Source: Clostridia bacterium (lineage in GTDB: Bacteria; Bacillota; Clostridia; Oscillospirales; CAG-272). Taken from it: DNA of 64,000 nucleotides. The stretch lies in contig JAGBFG010000025.1 of NCBI GenBank assembly GCA_017936565.1, positions 9,347 to 73,346 on the forward strand, read 5' to 3'. Positions 56,938 to 64,000 of the stretch are shown here, one piece after another; positions within the stretch are counted from its first letter, which is position 1, and every line of letters begins with the position of its first letter. The notes under the pieces were generated by a model. It was not told the origin of the DNA. It searched no databases and saw only the letters and a list, made by a program, of their open reading frames with translations. The translations under genes and the position numbers were made by a program.

Positions 56938-59900
56938 CTATTGTATAATCACGTTTTCTGCGCCAAGCAACGCGCGCAAGGCGCCAAGAAGCATATCCTT
57001 GGGCTCAATTTCCTTGTCCTTTACCAAAATATACTTTTTACTTTCCAGTTCGTAAAAGACAACGGGTACTGTTCCCTTGCATAACGCCAAAATATCAAGC
57101 GCTTCCCTTGCCACAGGGCTTTGCAAGGAAGAAACGCGCAAATATAGGCGTTTTTCCTTTTCCTGTGCTTTTTCTCTCTTGGAAGGGCTGACAGGCGCGG
57201 TCTTTGCCGCTTCTTCCTTCATTTGCGCATTGGTTTTAAGAGGCGAAATATCCGAAACGAGAATTTTCACCCCATCATCCTCACGCACGGAAAGCTGCCC
57301 CTTCACCCGCAACACGCTTCCCTCGTTCACCCAAGGGGAAAGCTTTTCAAATTGCTTGGGAAAGAGTATAATCTCCAAGGAGCCATAACGGTCCTCTAAG
57401 GTACAAAACGCCATTTTCGCGCCGTTTTTGGTATCCTTAACCGTTTTGGCGGTAATAATACCCGATACGGTCACGGTTGCTTTTTCTTCATAAGACACAG
57501 CCGCGGGCTGTTCCGCCGCTTCGTCAAAGGAAGCCAGAATATCAACGATTTCGTCCAGCTTTTGCGAGGCGATATCCATCGAATAATCGTCAAGCAAATG
57601 ACCGCTGAAATACATTCCCGAGCTTTCCTTTTCAAGCAAAAGCAGCTCTCTGGTGGAAAATTCAGGCAAATCGGGATACACGTAAGCAAAGCTCTTTTCT
57701 TCTTCCTGCATAGCGCTGAACATATCCATTTGCCCCGCGAGATTGCCGTGATGATGGGAAACAACCGCTTCTAATTGCTGCTCATAGGTGGCAAGCAAGC
57801 GGCTTCTGTATACGCCAAGGCTGTCAAAAGCCCCGCTCTTTATCAAGGACTCAATCTGCCTTTTATTCAAATCCGCCTCACCAACACGGGAGAGAAAGCT
57901 CTCAAAGCTCTTATACGGACCGTTTTGCGCGCGCTCCTTGATTAAAAACTCCACAAGGCTTCTGCCCACGTTTTTGAGCGCCAGAAGCCCGAAGCGAATG
58001 TTTTTATCCGAAACGGAAAACAAAAGGCGGCTTTCATTGATGTCGGGGGGCAAAACGCGAATGCCTCGCTTTCCTGCCTCTCTGATATATTCCGCAACCT
58101 TGGTCTGCGAGCCAAGAACCGAGGTCAAAAGCGCCGAAAAATAGGCGGCGGGATAATGACATTTGAGGTATGCCGTGCGATAGGTGGTAACGGCATAGGC
58201 TGTGGCATGGCTTTTGTTAAACGCGTATTTCGCGAAATTTGCCATTGTGTCAAAGACGCGCCCTGCCACCGATTCCGTAATACCCGTTGCCTTGCAGCCC
58301 TGCATAAAGGAAAGCCTTTCCTTTTCCAAGACCTCTACCTTCTTTTTGGACATCGCCCTGCGGACCAAGTCCGCTCTTGCCAAGGAATATCCCGCTAAAT
58401 CGCGGAATATCTGCATAACCTGCTCCTGATAGACGACACAGCCATAGGTCACCTTCAAGACAGGCTCTAATTTCTCGGTATCATAGCTGACACTTTCCTT
58501 GCCGAACTTTCTGGCAATATAATGCGGAATGGAATCCATAGGACCCGGACGGTACAGAGCGATAGCGGCGGTAATTTCTTCAATGGACGAGGGGCGCAGC
58601 TGCATAAGCATTTGCCGCATACCGCCCGACTCTAACTGAAAGACGCCCAAGGTATCTCCCTCGGAAATCATACGGTAAACCGCCTCATCGTCCAAGGGAA
58701 CGGACTCTATGGAAAAATCGGGCTCACTCTGACGGATTTCTTCCTCGGCATCGGCAATAATGGTTAAATACCGAATGCCCAAAAAGTCAAACTTCACAAG
58801 TCCAAGCTCTGCCACGGTGTCCATATCGTATTCGGTAACGGTGATATCGCCGTTTTTGGAAAGAGGAACGTAAGAGCTAACGGGATTTGGTGTGATAACA
58901 ACACCTGCGGCGTGAGTTGAGGCGTGTCTTGGCATTCCTTCGAGCGCCATTGACACGTCAAGCAGGCGGCGCACCGCAACCGATTCCTCATATTTCGCGG
59001 ACAATTCCTTGGTTTTCAAGGCGTCCCGAATGGTGATACCAAGCTCTCTCGGTATCAGTTTTGCCACCTCATCGACCTCGCGGTAAGGCATATCCAACGC
59101 CCTTCCCACGTCACGTATAGCGGCTCTGGCTGCCATTGTACCAAAGGTGACTATCTGCGCCACGTGCTCTTCTCCGTAGCGCTGTTTTACATAGGCAATG
59201 ACCTCATCACGCCTGTTATCCGCGAAATCAATATCAAAGTCAGGCATTGAAATCCGCTCGGGATTCAAAAACCGTTCAAAAAGCAAATCATACTGCAAGG
59301 AATCAATATCGGTGATGCCCACCAAAAAGGCAACCAGACTTCCCGCCCCCGAGCCTCGCCCGGGACCGACGGAAATACCTTGGCTTTTGGCGTAATTGAC
59401 AAAGTCCCACACCACCAGATAATAGGAGTCAAAGCCCATACGGTGAATGACGGAGAGCTCGTATTCCATTCTCTCCTTGTAATCCTCTACGGTGAAACGC
59501 TCCAAGGCAAGACTGCCTGTCCTCTTTTTTTCTTCCAAGCCTTTTTCAGCTAAGGAACGCAAAAGCGCCTCTTGTGTCATCTCCCTTACGGGATATACGG
59601 GAAGCAAAAAGGTGCCAAAGGAAAAATCAAAGGAGCAAAGAGAGGCGATTTTTGCCGTGTTGGAAACAGCCTCAGGATACGCGGCAAAGAGCTTTGCCAT
59701 TTCCTCGGTGCTTTTATAATAAAATTCGTCGCCCTCAAAGCCAAAGGGACGCCCGTCTGTTAAAACAGAGCCCGTTTGCACACACATCAGAACCGCTTGG
59801 TTTTCCGCGTCTGCCTTTCGGATATAATGGACGTCATTGGTGGCAACCAACGGAATACCGCTTTTTTGCGAAAGCTCTACTAAGGCGTTCAATACTGTTT

Positions 59901-60450
59901 TTTCTTCTTCGGTTCCGTGATTTTGCAATTCCAGATAGAAATTGCCCCTGCCCATAATGGCTTCTAATCTCTTCGCGTCGCGCAAGGCGCCGTCAAAATC
60001 CCCTGCTAAAATATCACGGGGAACCTGACCCGCTATACAGGCAGACAAGGCAATGAGCCCCTCGGCGTTTTGCTCTAAAAGCTCTAAATCAATGCGAGGA
60101 CGCGCGTAAAAGCCCTCTGTATGACTTAAAGAAACCATTTTAATTAAATTACGGTATCCCGTTTCGTTTTTAACCAGAAGCACCAGATGGTTTCCTGAGG
60201 AATCCTGCTTTCCTTCTTTATCAAAGCGGCTTCTTCTGGCAACGTACACCTCGCAACCGATAATGGGCTTTATACCCTCTTTTATACACGCCTTATAGAA
60301 TTTAACAGCGCCATATAAAACACCGTGATCGGTAATAGCAACCGCGCTGTGCCCTGCCGTCTTTGCCGCCTTTGGAATATCCTCGATACGGCAGGCGCCG
60401 TCAAGCAGGCTGTATTCACTGTGTAGGTGCAAATGCACAAAGTCTTGCAT
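56938..60450 (-). CDS. dnaE: DNA polymerase III alpha subunit DnaE
   Basis: FVHLHLHSEYSLLDG, GPGRGSGAGS, FERFLNPERISMPDFDIDF, HAAGVV, KFDFLG, YAFNKSH. Confidence 0.97.
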   Translation of the reverse strand: MQDFVHLHLHSEYSLLDGACRIEDIPKAAKTAGHSAVAITDHGVLYGAVKFYKACIKEGIKPIIGCEVYVARRSRFDKEGKQDSSGNHLVLLVKNETGYRNLIKMVSLSHTEGFYARPRIDLELLEQNAEGLIALSACIAGQVPRDILAGDFDGALRDAKRLEAIMGRGNFYLELQNHGTEEEKTVLNALVELSQKSGIPLVATNDVHYIRKADAENQAVLMCVQTGSVLTDGRPFGFEGDEFYYKSTEEMAKLFAAYPEAVSNTAKIASLCSFDFSFGTFLLPVYPVREMTQEALLRSLAEKGLEEKKRTGSLALERFTVEDYKERMEYELSVIHRMGFDSYYLVVWDFVNYAKSQGISVGPGRGSGAGSLVAFLVGITDIDSLQYDLLFERFLNPERISMPDFDIDFADNRRDEVIAYVKQRYGEEHVAQIVTFGTMAARAAIRDVGRALDMPYREVDEVAKLIPRELGITIRDALKTKELSAKYEESVAVRRLLDVSMALEGMPRHASTHAAGVVITPNPVSSYVPLSKNGDITVTEYDMDTVAELGLVKFDFLGIRYLTIIADAEEEIRQSEPDFSIESVPLDDEAVYRMISEGDTLGVFQLESGGMRQMLMQLRPSSIEEITAAIALYRPGPMDSIPHYIARKFGKESVSYDTEKLEPVLKVTYGCVVYQEQVMQIFRDLAGYSLARADLVRRAMSKKKVEVLEKERLSFMQGCKATGITESVAGRVFDTMANFAKYAFNKSHATAYAVTTYRTAYLKCHYPAAYFSALLTSVLGSQTKVAEYIREAGKRGIRVLPPDINESRLLFSVSDKNIRFGLLALKNVGRSLVEFLIKERAQNGPYKSFESFLSRVGEADLNKRQIESLIKSGAFDSLGVYRSRLLATYEQQLEAVVSHHHGNLAGQMDMFSAMQEEEKSFAYVYPDLPEFSTRELLLLEKESSGMYFSGHLLDDYSMDIASQKLDEIVDILASFDEAAEQPAAVSYEEKATVTVSGIITAKTVKDTKNGAKMAFCTLEDRYGSLEIILFPKQFEKLSPWVNEGSVLRVKGQLSVREDDGVKILVSDISPLKTNAQMKEEAAKTAPVSPSKREKAQEKEKRLYLRVSSLQSPVAREALDILALCKGTVPVVFYELESKKYILVKDKEIEPKDMLLGALRALLGAENVIIQ

Positions 60451-60508
60451 ACCGTATCTCCTTTCCTTTTTTCTTCCTTTATCTTTCCCTTTGCAGAGAA
60501 AAATCATT

Positions 60509-61399
60509 CTATATTTTAATGTTCAATTTTTCGGCATACGCTAAAATGCGCTTCATACGGTGATTCATCCCTGATTTGCTGATAGCGGGAGAAGCCAGGG
60601 CAGAAAGCTGCGCCAAGCTTTCCTCGGGATGCGCCAGGCGAAGCCTTGCTGCCGCTTCAAGCTCAGGCGGCAAGGAAGAAAGCAGATCCGCCGCTTCCAT
60701 TTTGCGTAATACCTTCAAAATACGGGTAGAAGCGTCTACCGCGCGATTGATGTTGCTTGCCTCACAATTTGTGCGGCGGTTGACGTCGTTTCTGAACTGC
60801 TTTTCAATTTTACAGTTGATGAATTTGAAAACGGAGTCGTTGCTTTGGATATGCGCCATAAATTCTTCTATCAAGGAAGAATCCTTCAAATACAGCAAGG
60901 TTTCGGTACGGCGCACCGCTTTTTTGAAGGAAAGATGATATTCTCTTTCAAAAAACGCGCGAAAGGCATCCGACCTTTCTCCAAGAGAAAGCTCCAAATG
61001 ATATTTTTTAGATGGGTCTGTAATTCTGCCCGCGACAAGAAAAATACCACGCAAATACGCAGTAGCGCAGCTTTCGCAAGCAAAGGGCGGGCGAGAAGCG
61101 AGAAAACGCGGTTCAAGGTCAAGCAAAAACTTTTTGGCACTAAAGCTCTTGAAACGAAACACGTGCAAACGGCCACCGTGAAGCGTTGGAACCTTCTCGG
61201 CTTGTCTTCCGAACTGTTCATTGATGAGCTTTTGCGCGAGTTCCGTTGCGTTTTCGTCCGTCATACGCAAAACAATCTCATCATCATCCGCTATAAATGC
61301 CCGCGCGGACAAAATGCCGAAGAGCATCATACGGCGACAGCAAGCGGTTTTATAGGCTGTATCACATATTTCTTTTTTGATATCGTTCAAAAATGCCAT
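60509..61399 (-). CDS. whiA: DNA-binding protein WhiA
   Basis: YLRGIFL..G.ITDP..YHLE, NRRTNCEASN, RLAHPEESLAQL, SKSGMNHRM. Confidence 0.9.
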   Translation of the reverse strand: MAFLNDIKKEICDTAYKTACCRRMMLFGILSARAFIADDDEIVLRMTDENATELAQKLINEQFGRQAEKVPTLHGGRLHVFRFKSFSAKKFLLDLEPRFLASRPPFACESCATAYLRGIFLVAGRITDPSKKYHLELSLGERSDAFRAFFEREYHLSFKKAVRRTETLLYLKDSSLIEEFMAHIQSNDSVFKFINCKIEKQFRNDVNRRTNCEASNINRAVDASTRILKVLRKMEAADLLSSLPPELEAAARLRLAHPEESLAQLSALASPAISKSGMNHRMKRILAYAEKLNIKI

Positions 61400-61437
61400 T
61401 TTCTCATTCCTCGTCTATGTATATGTAAGAAAAACGC

Positions 61438-62337
61438 CTACATCATATACTCAATTTCTAATTCCAAATCCACAGAAAAACGATTTTTGATTTCCTGTTT
61501 TATCAAAGCAATCAGGGTCAGCACATCCGAAGAGGAAGCGCCCCCCAGATTGACAATAAAGCCGCCGTGCTTGGAAGAAACGCAAGCGCCGCCTTCCTTC
61601 TTGCCCAAGAGCCCTGCCTTTTCCACCAATTCCCCGACGTAATAACCTTCGGGGCGACGAAAAACGCTCCCGGCGCTGGGATAGAAGAGGGGCTGCTTTT
61701 CCTGCCTTTTTTGCAGGGTTTCTCGCAGTATAACCATTCCTTCCCGACACGGTACTCTTTCAAGGCGAAGGGATGCGGACAAAATAATCCATTCTCTTTT
61801 CACAGAAAAGATACTGGAACGGTATGAAAACAAGCATTCCTCTGCTGACAGGATACGCATTTTTTCCTCTTTGGTATCCCAGACATTCACAAAGGAAACG
61901 AAGTCCGATACCGAGAGACCAAATGCACCGGCGTTCATGAAAATAGCGCCGCCTACTGTGGCAGGTATGCCGTATAGCTTGCCAAAGCCGCCTAAATTTT
62001 TCTCAGCGGCACGGCGAATGACATCATTAAGGGGAGCCCCCGCCGAAGCGCGCACGCCATCCGCATCCCAGGAAAGAGAGCGCATATGACGCGTGCTTAT
62101 CAAAACACCACGATACCCGCTATCGTCAAAAAGAAGGTTGCTGGCGTTTCCAATCACACGAAAACGGTAGCCGTTTTGAGATAGAAAGCGCAACGCCTGC
62201 GTAAGCTCCTCTTCGTTACAAGGAAGCAAAAGAGCCGAGACATTACCGCCGATACGAAAGGTGGTATACGGTGCCATCGCTACATCCCATAAAGCAGAAA
62301 TATGATGGCGCAAACAAAAATCTCTTAATGAGCGCAT
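61438..62337 (-). CDS. murB: UDP-N-acetylmuramate dehydrogenase
   Basis: TTFRIGG, GNASNLL, MNAGAFG, FSYRSS, QPL.YPSAGSVF, KHGGFIVN, LELE. Confidence 0.95.
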   Translation of the reverse strand: MRSLRDFCLRHHISALWDVAMAPYTTFRIGGNVSALLLPCNEEELTQALRFLSQNGYRFRVIGNASNLLFDDSGYRGVLISTRHMRSLSWDADGVRASAGAPLNDVIRRAAEKNLGGFGKLYGIPATVGGAIFMNAGAFGLSVSDFVSFVNVWDTKEEKMRILSAEECLFSYRSSIFSVKREWIILSASLRLERVPCREGMVILRETLQKRQEKQPLFYPSAGSVFRRPEGYYVGELVEKAGLLGKKEGGACVSSKHGGFIVNLGGASSSDVLTLIALIKQEIKNRFSVDLELEIEYMM

Positions 62338-62417
62338 TGCTTTTCCTCCATACAAAAGACGCTGGCTTTTCAGCCTTTTTTAACATTATATGGAAAATAA
62401 AGCAAACTGCCCCTTTT

Positions 62418-64000
62418 TCAGATTTTCAAGGAAAGCATATCGGAAGCGGCGCGGCGTTGCGCCTCGGTGACGTGGATGCCGCCAAGAATACGGGAAAGCT
62501 CTTCAATGCGCCCTTCCTGCGTCAGAGGAGTGATGAAGGACTCCGTTCTTCCGTTCTGCGTCTTTTTATACATCAGGAAGTGACAATCCGCAAGAGAAGC
62601 AATTTGCGCGGAATGGGTAATGCAAATCATTTGAATACCCGCGGATGCTTTTTTGAGACAAAAACCGATTTTGCGAGAGGTTTTTCCCGAAACACCGCTA
62701 TCGACCTCGTCAAAAATAACGGTTGGCAATCCGTCGTGCCGCGCAATAACACATTTGAGTGCCAAGACAATGCGCGCCATTTCTCCTCCCGAGGCGGTAT
62801 GATTGATGGGGAGCATCGCTTCCCCCTCGTTCAAAGCGGCAAGGAAGGAAACGGAATCAAAGCCGTCTTGCGTGAGAAAATGGTCTTTTTCCTCTCTTAT
62901 TTGAAGCGAAATGGAAAACTTTGCTTTGGGAAGGTCTAATTCCCCCAACAAAAGCGAAACCTCTTTTTCAAGCGCTTCTGTTGCCGTCTTTCTCGTTTGG
63001 TGAAGAGCCGCGGCGGCTTCCTTTGCTTTGCCGTAAAGGACGCGATATTCTTTTTCCAATTCCTCTTTCTTGAAGTCTAACTGCTCCAAGGTTGTCAGCT
63101 CTTCCTCTGCTCTTGCCAAAAAGGAAAGAACTGCCTCTTCTGTCGGTCCGTATTTGCGCAAGAGCCGACTGATATCGGCAAGCCTGCTTTCCACACGGTC
63201 AAGCGCGTCTGTGGGGTTTTCCCCATCCAAATCCGCCATACCGACGATTTCTTCCGCCATATCCACAAGCTCCGAGAGCTGATCCTCAATTTTGTCGGCA
63301 AGCTCATCGGCACGAGGCAACACCTCGCCCAAGGAACGCATAGCGGACTCTACCTTTTCAAGCACCGAGCAGACGTTGCCCTTCTCGCCACCGCGCAGCG
63401 CGCGATAGGCAAAGGAAGTTTGTTTCGTGATTTTTTCTATATTCTTCAAGCGAAGCTTCTCTTCAAAGAGAGCTTCCTCGTCCCCTTTTTTCAGCTTCAC
63501 TTCTTTGATTTCTTCAATTTGATACCGCAAGGTTTCTATACGGCGCAGCTTTTCTCCCTCGTCTATGGAGAGCTTTTCCATCTGCCGACGCAGTTCCTCC
63601 AAGGCATCAAAAAGGGCGCGATAAGCCAAAAGCTCCTTTTCATTGTGCGCTGACGCATCTAATATGGCAAGGGCGCTTTCCTCCTTGCGCAGAAAGGCAG
63701 TATCGTCCTGCCCGTGAATATGTAACAGATTTGCCGCTGCCTCCTTCAAAACGCCAAGGCTGACAGGGCGCCCATTGATACGGGAGGTGCTTTTGCCGTC
63801 TTCTCCAAAGCTTCTTTGCAAAAGCAAGCTCCCCTCTTCATCTGCCTGTATATCCAAAGAAGCAAGGACGCTTTTGGTTTTCTCGGAAAGAGAATGAAAC
63901 GAAGCGCTGACAAGAGCCATCTTCTCGCCCTTTCGCAAAAGCTCTTTTTCCACCTTTGCGCCCAGAAGTAGCCGAAGACTCTCTAACATAACGCTTTTTC
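62418..64000 (-). CDS. recN: DNA repair protein RecN (5' end outside the window)
   Basis: IHGQ, long coiled coil, ASGGE, IFDEVDSGVSG, CITHSAQIA, ELSRILGG. Confidence 0.95.
   Translation of the reverse strand, partial: KSVMLESLRLLLGAKVEKELLRKGEKMALVSASFHSLSEKTKSVLASLDIQADEEGSLLLQRSFGEDGKSTSRINGRPVSLGVLKEAAANLLHIHGQDDTAFLRKEESALAILDASAHNEKELLAYRALFDALEELRRQMEKLSIDEGEKLRRIETLRYQIEEIKEVKLKKGDEEALFEEKLRLKNIEKITKQTSFAYRALRGGEKGNVCSVLEKVESAMRSLGEVLPRADELADKIEDQLSELVDMAEEIVGMADLDGENPTDALDRVESRLADISRLLRKYGPTEEAVLSFLARAEEELTTLEQLDFKKEELEKEYRVLYGKAKEAAAALHQTRKTATEALEKEVSLLLGELDLPKAKFSISLQIREEKDHFLTQDGFDSVSFLAALNEGEAMLPINHTASGGEMARIVLALKCVIARHDGLPTVIFDEVDSGVSGKTSRKIGFCLKKASAGIQMICITHSAQIASLADCHFLMYKKTQNGRTESFITPLTQEGRIEELSRILGGIHVTEAQRRAASDMLSLKI

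Noticed and set aside
1-64000. Genome-wide stop-codon reassignment (TGA or TAG = Trp)
   Set aside because: Many genes end in TGA (rseP, uppS, pyrH, rpsP, dinB, fba, recN) or TAG (dnaE, whiA, murB), several at their expected C-termini, and all other genes translate to full length under the standard code.

Overview
A 64-kb chromosomal segment from a Firmicute, most likely a Clostridia-class organism, judged from PolC plus DnaE, the IspH-S1 fusion, ylxM-ffh-rpsP-khpA and sigma-A-type promoters. It is mostly housekeeping, with genes mainly on the minus strand: sugar ABC uptake, mnmA, a ROK kinase, the pyrH-frr-uppS-cdsA-dxr-rseP-ispG-polC block, ispD/ispF/rpe, SRP genes, rqcH, dinB, gltX, cmk, ispH-rpsA, fba, smpB, cysK/cysE, a Clp ATPase, dnaE, whiA, murB and a partial recN. 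I saw no tRNA, rRNA, CRISPR array, prophage or transposase. Five things stand out. (1) Two normally essential genes, polC and fba, each have a single in-frame stop exactly at a conserved Trp (TAG and TGA), with the frame intact on both sides; a sequence artefact is likeliest, but readthrough or editing is testable. (2) A symmetric 'hairpin ladder' at ~50.07-50.27 kb has three ATC..GAT hairpins linked by GAA facing three linked by TTC. (3) An intact 845-aa P-type ATPase homologue has lost every catalytic motif. (4) A promoter and RBS inside ispH could express S1 independently of the fusion. (5) Several other intergenic regions are highly structured. All calls come from reading motifs by eye; no database searches were run.
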